This document shows positions 28,866-38,748 of a stretch of 51,196 bases of DNA, piece by piece. This DNA comes from Candidatus Omnitrophota bacterium (GTDB lineage: Bacteria > Omnitrophota > Gorgyraeia > 2-01-FULL-45-10), in NCBI GenBank assembly GCA_020057115.1, contig JAGVGJ010000005.1:1-51196 (forward strand), given 5' to 3'. The notes below the pieces were generated by a model. The model did no database searches. It saw nothing but the letters and a program-made list of their open reading frames with translations, and was not told where the DNA came from. Both the position numbers and the translations under genes were made by a program. Numbering within the stretch: the first letter of the stretch is position 1; each line of letters opens with the position of its first letter.

Positions 28866-29755
28866 TACCAATCATAGCGATAAACGATATAGACGACCCC
28901 CAGATCTCATTCTACCGCTCGTTAAAGGGTAGACAGCTCGGCAGGGAAGGCATCTTTATTGTCGAGGGCCCGAAAGCGGTCAAGGCGCTCCTTGAGGGCG
29001 ATATTAAGGTCATATCCTGCCTTACGACAAAAGATTTTTATAAGAAGTTCCGCACCAGTCTTTTGAAGCTTGCCGGAAAAGGTATCCCTGTATACCTTAT
29101 GTCCAGAGAGTCGGTGGGGGATGTGATAGGTTTCAATTTCCACCAGGGGCTCATGGTGGCCTGCCGGATCCCTAAAAAGATATCCCTGGAGAGCGGGATA
29201 AAAAGCTTAAAGAGGCCGTATCTTCTCGCGGCGCTTAATGGCGTGAATGATCCGGAGAATGTCGGCTTGATAGCGCGCAATGCAGCGGCATTCGGCGCAA
29301 GCGCCATGATAGTGGACGAGAAGACATATGATCCTTATTACCGGCGGGCCGTCAGAGTGTCGGTGGGCGCCATATTCAAGATACCGGTATTCCATGTCGG
29401 AAGGCTTGCGCCCGAGCTTAAACGGCTCAAGAAGTCCGGAGTGAAGGTGATAGTCACGCATTTGGGCAAGAAGAGTAAAGACATAAAGGATGTAGACCTT
29501 TCGCAGGATGTGTGCATTATATTCGGCAACGAAGATAAAGGGGTTGACAGAGACGTGCTTGCCGAAGCCGATCATGCGGTGAAGATACCCATATCAGGGA
29601 AAGTGGATTCGCTTAATGTCGCCTCCGCGTCGGCTATAATTTTACGCGAAGCATTCATGAAGAAGGGGCAAGGGTCTCCCGCCCGCCTGGCATCTAGGGG
29701 CGGGACAGGCAGGGTCCGGGGTCCAGGGGAGAAGGCGTGGAAAAGTTTATCGTAG
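28844..29755 (+). CDS. TrmH/SpoU-family RNA methyltransferase
   Basis: DPENVGLIARNA, FGNEDKG, VDSLNVASA; both ends uncertain. Confidence 0.9.
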   Translation: MRADEAILPIIAINDIDDPQISFYRSLKGRQLGREGIFIVEGPKAVKALLEGDIKVISCLTTKDFYKKFRTSLLKLAGKGIPVYLMSRESVGDVIGFNFHQGLMVACRIPKKISLESGIKSLKRPYLLAALNGVNDPENVGLIARNAAAFGASAMIVDEKTYDPYYRRAVRVSVGAIFKIPVFHVGRLAPELKRLKKSGVKVIVTHLGKKSKDIKDVDLSQDVCIIFGNEDKGVDRDVLAEADHAVKIPISGKVDSLNVASASAIILREAFMKKGQGSPARLASRGGTGRVRGPGEKAWKSLS

Positions 29756-30621
29756 AAGAAGAAACAGGGCTTTTAGACTTCCTTTTTAAAGTCCTTAAGG
29801 GGTATAACAAGAATAAGGTCCGCAATTACCTTAAGTTCGGCGCAGTCTCCGTCAACGGCACCGTATCAAGAAGACATGACCACTGTCTTAGATGCGGCAG
29901 CGAAGTCACTGTCCAAACGAATAAGAAGGAGATCCTGGTCGCGTCAAGAAAATATCCTTTTAAGATAGTATTTGAGGATGACGATATCATAGTTATAGAC
30001 AAGCCTGCGGGCCTGCTTACGATAGCTACCGAGAAAGAGAAGGATGATACAGCCTACAGGGCTCTTACGGAATACGCGAGCCTGCGCGACCCTTCGGGCA
30101 GGGGCAGGGTGTTCATAGTGCACAGGATAGACCGCGATACGTCAGGCCTTGTCATATTCGCAAAGAGGGGCGAAGCCAAAGAGAAACTCCAGGAGGGCTG
30201 GGGCTCGGTCGAGAAACGCTACATGGCTGTCCTGGAAGGATCCCCGCAGAAAGAGAGCGGCATAATAAAGACGAGCCTCGCGGAAAATAAGTTCCGCACC
30301 GTCTATTCCGGACCCAGGAGCGAAAGCTCCAAGATAGCCGTCACGCGGTACAGGATCCTGAAAATAGCGGAGAGATACTCGCTGGCGGAGATCATCATCG
30401 ATACCGGCAGGAAACACCAGATAAGGGTGCATATGGCCAATATAGGATGCCCGATAGCGGGTGACTCAAGATACGGAGCAAAGACCGATCCGGCGGGGAG
30501 GCTCGCCCTGCACGCTTCATACATATCCTTTAAACACCCGGCGACCGGCAAGACGCTTATATTTGAGAGCCGGCTTCCCGAGCCATTGCGCAGGCTGATA
30601 CCAGGACTTAAGACCGCTTAA
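29737..30621 (+). CDS. RluA-family pseudouridine synthase
   Basis: IDKPAGL, HRIDRDTSG, TGRKHQIRVH, GDSRYG. Confidence 0.93.
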   Translation: MEKFIVEEETGLLDFLFKVLKGYNKNKVRNYLKFGAVSVNGTVSRRHDHCLRCGSEVTVQTNKKEILVASRKYPFKIVFEDDDIIVIDKPAGLLTIATEKEKDDTAYRALTEYASLRDPSGRGRVFIVHRIDRDTSGLVIFAKRGEAKEKLQEGWGSVEKRYMAVLEGSPQKESGIIKTSLAENKFRTVYSGPRSESSKIAVTRYRILKIAERYSLAEIIIDTGRKHQIRVHMANIGCPIAGDSRYGAKTDPAGRLALHASYISFKHPATGKTLIFESRLPEPLRRLIPGLKTA

Positions 30622-30635
30622 GATAAGGCAGATTT

Positions 30636-31307
30636 ATGTGTATAGAAATATCCGAAATAATACGATCCCGCAGAAGGACGATCTCAATAGAGATAAAAGA
30701 GGATGCTCGGCTTGTGGTGCGCGCGCCGTATCGTATTCCCGACGAAGAGATAAAAGCGTTCATCGATAAAAAGAACGCCTGGATAGGAAGATGCAGGGAA
30801 GAGGCTATGAGAAGGCATCTCGAGCGCCCCCGGAGGGAATTCGCGCCGGGCGAGGAACTCCTGTATCTCGGCAAATGTTACAAGCTGCGGCACGAGCATG
30901 GCAGGCACAGGGCGCTTGTCCTCGACGATGCTTTTATACTTTCGCCTGACCATGCGGCCAGGGCGAGAGAGTTCTTCGTCAGTTGGTATAAGGAAGAGGC
31001 GCGCTCCGTCATAGAAAAGCGGGCCGCTTTTTTCGCGTCGATGGCCTCTGAGAGCTATTCAGGCATAAAGATAACTTCGGCCAGGCGTACTTGGGGGTCA
31101 TGCTCCAGGAGAGGGACTTTAAACTTCAGCTGGCGGATAATCATGGCTCCCATCGAGGTCATAGATTATGTCATCGCGCATGAAGTGGCGCATCTGTCCG
31201 AGATGAACCACTCAAAACGGTTCTGGTCTAAACTGGAAGAGCTATTCCCCGGCTATAAAGAGCGTAAGAGATGGCTGAGGGAGAATGGTCACCTGCTGAC
31301 ATTCTGA
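30636..31307 (+). CDS. YgjP/DUF45-like zinc metallohydrolase
   Basis: RSRRRTISI, WGSCS, YVIAHEVAH, NHSKRFW. Confidence 0.88.
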   Translation: MCIEISEIIRSRRRTISIEIKEDARLVVRAPYRIPDEEIKAFIDKKNAWIGRCREEAMRRHLERPRREFAPGEELLYLGKCYKLRHEHGRHRALVLDDAFILSPDHAARAREFFVSWYKEEARSVIEKRAAFFASMASESYSGIKITSARRTWGSCSRRGTLNFSWRIIMAPIEVIDYVIAHEVAHLSEMNHSKRFWSKLEELFPGYKERKRWLRENGHLLTF

Positions 31308-31316
31308 TAGAGGCGT

Positions 31317-31919
31317 ATGAGAAAAAAGAAATTTGCTTTAACGATCATATTCATCTTGCTGCTTACCGGCGTCGCGGCTGCGCAGGAATTTTCCGCCGAG
31401 GTCATATCTACCGGCAAAGACGGTGATTTTAAGGGGAAGATATTTGTGGGCAGCGACAAGGTGCGCCTCGAGGCCCCCGGCACGGTCACGATAACTAGGA
31501 TGGACCAGCGGGTGGTGTGGATATTGATGCCGTCCGAGAAGATGTACATGGAGCAGCCGTTCAACCCGAAGAGCATCATAGCTTCAAGCGAAAAACTGCC
31601 CGGAGAACTTGAGCGGACATTCCTGGAAAATGAACTGGTCGGAGGCAAGGTCGCGTTAAAATACGAAGTAACTTATGAACTCGGCGGCATACAGGAGCAC
31701 CTCTTCCAGTGGGTAGACGCCTCCAACAAGATACCCGTAAAGACGGCAGCCATGGATGGCAGCTGGATGGTGGAGTATAGGAATATACAGCTCGGCATGC
31801 AGGATGACAAGCTCTTCGAATTGCCGAAGGACTACTCGAAGATCCCGAATAGCGCCCCTTCGGAATCGTCTGACGCGCCCATGGAACCCGAAGACGCCCC
31901 ACCGGAGTACGGATATTAA
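31317..31919 (+). CDS. Secreted LolA-like/DUF4412-type protein
   Basis: Signal peptide, FSAE..., LMPSEKMYME, LFELPKDY. Confidence 0.6.
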   Translation: MRKKKFALTIIFILLLTGVAAAQEFSAEVISTGKDGDFKGKIFVGSDKVRLEAPGTVTITRMDQRVVWILMPSEKMYMEQPFNPKSIIASSEKLPGELERTFLENELVGGKVALKYEVTYELGGIQEHLFQWVDASNKIPVKTAAMDGSWMVEYRNIQLGMQDDKLFELPKDYSKIPNSAPSESSDAPMEPEDAPPEYGY

Positions 31920-31934
31920 GCTATTACAAGCTAA

Positions 31935-32194
31935 CCCTAACCTCAAGTCAATTCCGCACTGAAAATTTCTCCGCCTTACTAAACCGGCATAAGGTATCAA
32001 AATTTTTCAACGGCCGCTCCAGACCCACCCCTACGGGCCGCGCCTACTCTATGAGAAAAATTCTTCTCTCATTTTTTCCAATCACGCACCAGCTTTACTC
32101 GAGACAGCGAGCAAGTTCCCGCTCCATAAATTTTGCGATCCTCGTAGCGGGGCCCCCGAGGGGTGGAGAAACCAGTGGCCGAAAAAATGATATC
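31935..32194. repeat. Structured intergenic element (MITE-like or ncRNA) forming a long imperfect hairpin
   Basis: Nested pairings GGTATCA/TGATATC, CGGCCGCT/AGTGGCCG, CCACCCCT/AGGGGTGG, GGGCC/GGCCC; 5' motif shared with 51010-51050. Confidence 0.55.
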
Positions 32195-32224
32195 AAATAT
32201 TACTTGTTGAGTTATAATATCCTC

Positions 32225-33349
32225 ATGATCCCATCGCTATATATCCATATACCGTTCTGCCGCAAGAAGTGCATATACTGCGACTTTTACAGCATTCCGT
32301 ATAAGGATGATGTCGCCTCTGCCTATATCGACGCGCTCCTGGAGCAGATCGAAAAACTTGAAGGCATTTTCAATACTATTTATATCGGCGGCGGCACCCC
32401 TACGGTTATTGACAAAAGCCTGTTAGCAAAACTGCTTCAAGGGCTCAAGGGCCGCTGCGACGGTTCTACAGAATTTACGGTAGAGGCCAACCCGGAAAGC
32501 TTGTCAGAAGAAAAGATAAGCATTCTTCTCTCTTCAGGGGTGAACCGGTTGAGCATAGGCGTCCAATCCCTTAAAGATCAAAAGCTATCCCGTCTCGGCA
32601 GGATCCATAATGCCGAAAGCGCAAAAAAGGCCGTGATCCTTTCATCCAAAAAAGGTTTTAAGAATATAAGCGTCGATATGATATACGGCGCGTGGAATGA
32701 AAGCGAGGAGGAGTGGAAGGAAGAGCTGGAAGAAGTCACGAAGCTTCCCATCGACCACGTATCCTGTTACAGCCTTACATACGAAAAAGAGACGCCTCTA
32801 TTTACGGCGCTGGAAGGCGGTTCTGTGGAGCCGCTCGAAGACGATATCGTAGCGCGGATGTATGAATACGCAATAGACCGCTTATCCGTACGCGGCTTCA
32901 AGCAATACGAGGTCTCCAGCTTCGCCAGGGAAGGTCGTCAATGCAGGCATAATCTTAACTATTGGGAGAACAGCCCTTACACGGGTCTCGGCGCTTCAGC
33001 GGTCTCTTATTCGGAGGGGCGCAGGGAAGAGAATGTCAGGGATGTCAGAGATTATATAAAAAGAGTGAATGGTGCCGAGGCCCTTGTGGCGTCGAGCGAA
33101 AAACTTCCGCCGCTTGCGATGGCTAAGGAGACGGCTGCCGTCAAGATGCGGACCAGGGAAGGCATAGATTTCGGCTGGTTCATGTCCAAGACCGGTTTTG
33201 ACCTTCAGGTCATCGAAAAAGCCGCGCTGAAAGATCTGCTTGAAAAGGACCTTATTAAGTATAAGAAAGACAAGGACTTCGTGACAGGCGTCTGTCTTAA
33301 GCGCAAAGGTTTTCTTTTCTGCGATACGGTGTCATCGGCTTTGCTTTAG
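32225..33349 (+). CDS. hemW: Radical SAM heme chaperone HemW
   Basis: LYIHIPFC..KC.YCDF, GGGTP, EANP, RLSIGVQ, YEVSSF, HNLNYW. Confidence 0.88.
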   Translation: MIPSLYIHIPFCRKKCIYCDFYSIPYKDDVASAYIDALLEQIEKLEGIFNTIYIGGGTPTVIDKSLLAKLLQGLKGRCDGSTEFTVEANPESLSEEKISILLSSGVNRLSIGVQSLKDQKLSRLGRIHNAESAKKAVILSSKKGFKNISVDMIYGAWNESEEEWKEELEEVTKLPIDHVSCYSLTYEKETPLFTALEGGSVEPLEDDIVARMYEYAIDRLSVRGFKQYEVSSFAREGRQCRHNLNYWENSPYTGLGASAVSYSEGRREENVRDVRDYIKRVNGAEALVASSEKLPPLAMAKETAAVKMRTREGIDFGWFMSKTGFDLQVIEKAALKDLLEKDLIKYKKDKDFVTGVCLKRKGFLFCDTVSSALL

Positions 33350-33406
33350 CCGATCTTGTATGGTAATATTGTGTGATCAATAACCAGGTTAATTCCGGAG
33401 GGCCAT

Positions 33407-34321
33407 ATGACTTTGCGCATGAACGATGAATTATTCCATAAAGTGATGGACAATCTTTATGAAGGGGTCTACTTCATCGACCGCGATAAGCGCATAACTT
33501 ACTGGAATCAGGCGGCGGAGAAGATAACAGGCTATAACAGCACAGAAGTGGTCGGCGTCCATTGCCACGATGACATACTCGTGTATGCCAAAGACGAGGT
33601 CGTCAATCTGTGCGATGGGCAGTGTCCGCTATCCGTTACGCTCACAGACGGCAAGATGCGCGAGACGCAGGTCTTCGTCCGGCATAAGGACGGCCACAAG
33701 GTTTCCGTTATAATGCGCGCCATCCAGGTCCGCAGCGCCGATGGCGAGATCGAAGGCGTTCTGGAGATCTTTACGGACAATTCGCCCAAACTCGTCCATA
33801 CCGATAAGATCGGCGATCTCGATAAGACGGCGCTCATCGACCCGCTTACCGGGCTTTCGAACAAGAAATATCTCGAGACGGCCATAAGCGCCAGGATAGG
33901 CGAGATGCAAAGGTATGGATGGCAGTTCGGCATCATATCCATGGATACGGACAATTTCGAGACCATAAACGAGATATACGGCCGCGAGGTAGGGGATAGG
34001 GCGCTTAAGACCATATCCAAGACGCTCATCAATAGCGCCAGGCCCTTCGACATGATAGGCAGATGGGAAGATGAGCACTTCGTAGCAGTGATCGCGAACG
34101 TTAACGAGAACAGCCTCTATACGGTATCTAACCGCTTCCTTACGCTTGTCGAGCAGTCCAGTCTTACGGTAGGTTCCAAGATAATAAGGATAACCCTTTC
34201 CGTTGGCGCCACCCTGGCGAGGCCCGGAGACACTGTAGCGACCGTATTGGACAGGGCCGAAGACCTCATGAAGAAGAGCCTGAAGCTCGGAGGGAACCGC
34301 CTGACCATGAAGGCCGATTAG
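33407..34321 (+). CDS. PAS + degenerate GGDEF domain protein
   Basis: PAS (YWNQAAEKITGY), DPLTGLSN, DNFETINEIYG..VGD; active-site loop is RWEDEHF. Confidence 0.85.
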   Translation: MTLRMNDELFHKVMDNLYEGVYFIDRDKRITYWNQAAEKITGYNSTEVVGVHCHDDILVYAKDEVVNLCDGQCPLSVTLTDGKMRETQVFVRHKDGHKVSVIMRAIQVRSADGEIEGVLEIFTDNSPKLVHTDKIGDLDKTALIDPLTGLSNKKYLETAISARIGEMQRYGWQFGIISMDTDNFETINEIYGREVGDRALKTISKTLINSARPFDMIGRWEDEHFVAVIANVNENSLYTVSNRFLTLVEQSSLTVGSKIIRITLSVGATLARPGDTVATVLDRAEDLMKKSLKLGGNRLTMKAD

Positions 34322-34324
34322 CCG

Positions 34325-35455
34325 ATGACCAGGCGCGATTTCTTCAAAAAGACTTTACTTTTTCTGGCCGGCGCAGCCCTCTCCCAGTCAGCGATAGAGG
34401 CCTTTAGCCGGCGTAAGGCGCTCGCCTCTCCCTCGATCCCGGAAGGTTCCCGCGAAGCTTCATACTACACCAAGCTTGACGATACCACGGTCCAGTGCAC
34501 TCTCTGCCCAAGGGGCTGCACTCTTTCCGACGGCCAGCGCAGTTTCTGCAGGGTCAGGGAGCCAAAAGACGGAGTCCTCTATACGCTTGCCTACGGTAAG
34601 TCCTGCGCTACCCATATAGATCCCATAGAGAAGAAGCCGCTCTTCCATTTTTTGCCTTCGACCTCAATATTCTCGATCGCGACGGCCGGATGTAACTTCA
34701 GATGTAAATATTGCCAGAACTGGCAGATCTCACAGTATAAACCCGAAGATGTGGAGAACGTGGATCTTCCGCCTTCCGAAGTCGTATCCCAGGCCGCCAG
34801 GAACAAGTGTCCGACGATAGCGTATACCTACACGGAGCCGTCGATATTTTATGAATACATGCTTGATACTGCGAAAGTCGCTAAATCCAGAGGCATCCGC
34901 AATATGTACCATTCGAACGGCTCACTAAACCCAAGAGCGGTTGAGGAGCTGTCGCTCTATCTCGACGCGGCCGACATAGACCTGAAAGGGTTTACGCAGG
35001 AATTTTATGCCGATATGTCCGCCGGATACTTAAGTACGGTGCTCGAGACTTTAAAGATATTGAAGAAGAACAAGGTGTGGCTTGAGATAACAAACCTCGT
35101 AGTCCCGACCATGAATGACGATATGGCGAAGATAAAAGAGATGTGCCTCTGGATATACGACAACCTCGGCCCGGATGTGCCGGTGCATTTCGCGCGCTTC
35201 CGGCCCCAATATAAACTGACCAACCTTTATCCCACACCCGTAGATACGCTCGAGAAGGCGCGCGAAACGGCAATGTCATCCGGATTAAGATACGTATATA
35301 TCGGAAATGTGCCGGGCAATATCGCGGAGAATACATTCTGCCACAACTGCAAGAAACCCGTCATAAAACGGAGCGGCTATTTTATCTTATTGAATGATAT
35401 CAAGGACGGAAAGTGCAGCCATTGCAATACTGATATCCCCGGAGTCTGGAGCTAA
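34325..35455 (+). CDS. amrS: AmmeMemoRadiSam radical SAM enzyme with twin-arginine signal
   Basis: MTRRDFFK; CTLCPRGC, DPIEKKPLFHF, GCNFRCKYCQN, YTYTEP, YVYIGNVPG. Confidence 0.88.
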   Translation: MTRRDFFKKTLLFLAGAALSQSAIEAFSRRKALASPSIPEGSREASYYTKLDDTTVQCTLCPRGCTLSDGQRSFCRVREPKDGVLYTLAYGKSCATHIDPIEKKPLFHFLPSTSIFSIATAGCNFRCKYCQNWQISQYKPEDVENVDLPPSEVVSQAARNKCPTIAYTYTEPSIFYEYMLDTAKVAKSRGIRNMYHSNGSLNPRAVEELSLYLDAADIDLKGFTQEFYADMSAGYLSTVLETLKILKKNKVWLEITNLVVPTMNDDMAKIKEMCLWIYDNLGPDVPVHFARFRPQYKLTNLYPTPVDTLEKARETAMSSGLRYVYIGNVPGNIAENTFCHNCKKPVIKRSGYFILLNDIKDGKCSHCNTDIPGVWS

Positions 35456-37704
35456 TCCCTCGAACCCGCCAATACAAGCGTAATGCTCGCGACCTTTATA
35501 GCCACTAGTAGAACCGAAGTCATCACCATGCCTATCACCGGAACGAGAGCCACGGAGACAAATAGCGCCGCCAGCCATGAACCCGCAAGATCTACCGCAT
35601 AGACTATCCCGGAGGATGACATCGCCCTGCCGCCCTCGGCGCATACCTTATTTGCGATAGGGAATTCGAATCCCACGAAGGATCCTGCCACCGCGGAGGC
35701 AAGGAAGAATATCCATGCCAGCCCGGTCTTCGGATCGGCATTGAGGAAAAGAAGGATCGGGATGAATGCTATGCATGACCCGAGGCAGACGATCTCTATA
35801 AGAAAGAACGCCCCGCAAGTGTCTTTTATCGCCTCGAGTCTTCTGTTCATCAGATAACTGCCGAGCGTCAGGCCGGCCATGAATGCCATTACAAGCATAG
35901 CTATCTGCTGGAAGATGAACCCGTACAGGGATTGGTAAGCATACATGATTATAAGGCTCAAGCTCATGCCTGTAAAACCGGTCGTCCCGAGCACGAACAA
36001 TGAGCATATCTTGTGGGACCTCGGGTGCGTAAGGCCCAACCCGATGAAGACAGCTGCGACAAGTCCGATCACGACTAGAAGCGAGAATATGTTCAGACGG
36101 TCGACTATCGCAAATAACCGGCCCATCTTCTTTGAAAATAGCTCCGTCCAGTACCATGTGCCGTAGAATGAGCCCGAAGGAAGCAGGTCGGTATTTTTCC
36201 TTATGCCCGGGTATCGCGATAATTCGCCGAGGAACCAGTCGCGCACCTTAGGATCAAGCCTGTGGGCAAGATACTGCTCATTGATCAGGGATGTCGATAT
36301 ATTGTATCCATTGAGTCTCGACAGATATTTTTCCGGGTTTATCGCAAATTCGGTCCGCGATCCCAGATACAGGTTATTGTCCCCCGGTATGACGGCGGAA
36401 TATAAGACGCCGTCCAGGGTCGCCATTATTGAGCCATTGAGCCTGGCCTGCTCGGGACTTATATAGCTTAATGACCCGGGTAGCGAGAAGCTGAATATAC
36501 CGGTCTCTTCGATATGCTCTTTGACATCGAGGAAGAATTCGTGCGTATAGAAACGATTAAGCTGCAGCGTCGACGGCATCGGAAGATTGAGCATGATGAC
36601 GTCGTATTTATCTTTCGAGGTCCTTAAGAAACGCCTTCCGTCTATATTATGTATCTCCACTCTCGGGTCGGAGAGTTCCTTCTCGGTGAGCGGCGTAGGA
36701 AATTCCTTGACGAGCCTGATAAGGGACGGGTCGAGTTCGACGTACGTTACCTTTTCTACCGGATATTTTAGCACCTCGCGGATTATGCCTCCAACGCCAC
36801 CGCCTATAAGAAGCACCTTCTTGGTCTTCGCCGCCCCGAGCATGGTGAAATGGACGCGCTCTTCCACTGACACTATGTCAGGGGCAGGCGCCGCTATTAT
36901 TGGTATGCCGTTACTGTAGAATGTGTATTGGTCACCGGACCCTGAGACGGCCAGGTTGCCATATATGGAATTCACGTACTTTAGCACATGTTGGCCTTTC
37001 CACTGCTTGTCGATCGACAAGACATTCAATGGTCTCGATACAAACAGAAAAGAGGCGGCGATGAGTGCCAGTATCATCATGACTGCCACCGACATGAGCC
37101 TTCCGGTCGGCTTGGAATGTTTTTCTTTTAACAGAAGGACGGCCGAGACCATATTGATAGCTCCGGTAAAAAAGAATATGCCGAAGGAGTCGAGTCTTGT
37201 TATCAATAGATATGTGAAGACCGGCCCGCCGATCATGAATCCTATACCTTCAAGCACATAAGCCCTGCCCGGGGATCTAATGGCGCTTTCGCCTGTCCTG
37301 GATAGCATTGCCGCTCCGAAGGGGAAAAGGGCCCCGACCATTAAGCCTATAGGAGCAAGTATCACCAGCGAACTGAGGAGTATAGGAATAGGCCCGGCGC
37401 CTTCTCCCGCAACAAGCCCCAGGATATTCTTTATAGTGCGTATCAGGAATATGGATATCGGCAGGTATAAGGTGAGACCTGTCTGCAGAAGGACATAGGC
37501 GCTTGCCGCTTTTTCAGTGCGTTCCGCAAATCGGCCGGCAATAAAGCTTCCCATGGCTCCCAAGAGGATCCAATTAGCCATGATGATGCCTATGGTCAGC
37601 TCATTGCCGTAAAAAGCGATCATGAATTCGCGGATCGCCAGAGTCTGCGCCACTATGGACGTGAAACCTAGGACGACTAAAGCAAGGATCATGCGCCCGT
37701 TCAT
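35452..37704 (-). CDS. Multi-TM (MFS-like) / spermidine-synthase-like fusion
   Basis: REF..AFYGNEL, VLLIGGG, YVELDP, DGRRFL, flanking TM bundles. Confidence 0.8.
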   Translation of the reverse strand: MNGRMILALVVLGFTSIVAQTLAIREFMIAFYGNELTIGIIMANWILLGAMGSFIAGRFAERTEKAASAYVLLQTGLTLYLPISIFLIRTIKNILGLVAGEGAGPIPILLSSLVILAPIGLMVGALFPFGAAMLSRTGESAIRSPGRAYVLEGIGFMIGGPVFTYLLITRLDSFGIFFFTGAINMVSAVLLLKEKHSKPTGRLMSVAVMMILALIAASFLFVSRPLNVLSIDKQWKGQHVLKYVNSIYGNLAVSGSGDQYTFYSNGIPIIAAPAPDIVSVEERVHFTMLGAAKTKKVLLIGGGVGGIIREVLKYPVEKVTYVELDPSLIRLVKEFPTPLTEKELSDPRVEIHNIDGRRFLRTSKDKYDVIMLNLPMPSTLQLNRFYTHEFFLDVKEHIEETGIFSFSLPGSLSYISPEQARLNGSIMATLDGVLYSAVIPGDNNLYLGSRTEFAINPEKYLSRLNGYNISTSLINEQYLAHRLDPKVRDWFLGELSRYPGIRKNTDLLPSGSFYGTWYWTELFSKKMGRLFAIVDRLNIFSLLVVIGLVAAVFIGLGLTHPRSHKICSLFVLGTTGFTGMSLSLIIMYAYQSLYGFIFQQIAMLVMAFMAGLTLGSYLMNRRLEAIKDTCGAFFLIEIVCLGSCIAFIPILLFLNADPKTGLAWIFFLASAVAGSFVGFEFPIANKVCAEGGRAMSSSGIVYAVDLAGSWLAALFVSVALVPVIGMVMTSVLLVAIKVASITLVLAGSRD

Positions 37705-37794
37705 ATGTTAATATTTTATCATACTCTCCCTGAATATTAATCCTTTATTTTGTCCATGCGCTGTGATAAAATTGCTTAAACATCGGGGGTATAT

Positions 37795-37968
37795 ATGAGG
37801 ATTTTCGGTATAGGCATTCAGGAATTATTGATAATACTTCTTATCTGCCTTCTCATCTTCGGAGCATCAAAGCTTCCTGAGATAGGCAAAGCGCTTGGCA
37901 AGACGATCCAGGAGTTCAAGAAGTCTATGAAGGACTTCGGCTCTGACGAGGAAGAGAAGAAGAAGTAG
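37795..37968 (+). CDS. tatA: Twin-arginine translocase TatA (57 aa), absent from the ORF track
   Basis: [43 protein letters not shown]. Confidence 0.93.
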   Translation: MRIFGIGIQELLIILLICLLIFGASKLPEIGKALGKTIQEFKKSMKDFGSDEEEKKK

Positions 37969-37988
37969 GATCTCGCAAGCTGGGTGGT

Positions 37989-38702
37989 ATGGATAAAGAG
38001 CTTACTTTCGTTGGTCACCTTGAGGAGCTGAGGCGCAGGATCATCATCTCTCTCGCCGCGCTTGGGCTGGCGAGCGTCATCTCGCTTCCATTCGCTTCCT
38101 GGATCCTGAAGGTCCTTAAGGCCCCTGCATCCGGTATCATAGGGAAATTGGCGTATTTCGGGCCCCAGGATGCTTTCCTGATATATATGAAGGTAGGCCT
38201 GATGGCCGGATTAGTGATAGCATTCCCGGTCATAGCATACCAGCTATGGAAGTTCATTTCCCCGGCGGTGGAAGACAGGTTCAAACGCTATGCAGTCCAT
38301 TTCATAATAGCATCTTCTGCTGCATTCCTGATGGGATGCCTGTTCGCGTATTTTGTCCTGCTCCCTGCGGCGCTGAATTTTCTTTTGAGCTTTGGTTCGG
38401 AAGACCTTGAGCCTGTGATATCGGCCGGGCAGTATATATCATTCACCATCAGCATAATACTCTGCTCGGGCCTGGTCTTCGAGATGCCGGTATTAAGTTT
38501 TATCCTGGCGAGGATAGGACTCATAAACGCGGCTATGCTCAAGAATAAGTGGAAGGTAGCCGTTGTCGCTATATTTGTGGCTGCCGCGGTCATAACTCCC
38601 ACTACAGACATATTCAATATGATCATTCTGGCAGTGCCGATGTTGTTGCTATATGTCGCCAGCATATGGGTCGCATCCATAGCCAGGCGTTCAGTTAAAT
38701 AA
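37989..38702 (+). CDS. tatC: Twin-arginine translocase TatC
   Basis: HLEELRRR, YQLWKFISPA, FEMP, AAVITP. Confidence 0.93.
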   Translation: MDKELTFVGHLEELRRRIIISLAALGLASVISLPFASWILKVLKAPASGIIGKLAYFGPQDAFLIYMKVGLMAGLVIAFPVIAYQLWKFISPAVEDRFKRYAVHFIIASSAAFLMGCLFAYFVLLPAALNFLLSFGSEDLEPVISAGQYISFTISIILCSGLVFEMPVLSFILARIGLINAAMLKNKWKVAVVAIFVAAAVITPTTDIFNMIILAVPMLLLYVASIWVASIARRSVK

Positions 38703-38712
38703 ACAGTTAATC

Positions 38713-38748
38713 GCGCCTGTAGCTCAATCGGATAGAGTGGCTGGCTTC
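38713..38748 (+). repeat. Exact duplicate of the 5' 36 nt of tRNA-Arg(TCG), att-like
   Basis: GCGCCTGTAGCTCAATCGGATAGAGTGGCTGGCTTC identical to 38909-38944, ending within the anticodon. Confidence 0.9.

Noticed and set aside
31993-32194. 6S RNA
   Set aside because: Length and rod shape fit, but I see no recognisable central-bubble consensus or usual gene context, and a flanking motif recurs at 51 kb; left open for cmscan
32051-32224. N-terminal extension of HemW
   Set aside because: Lies inside the hairpin element; the family starts just before LYIHIPFC
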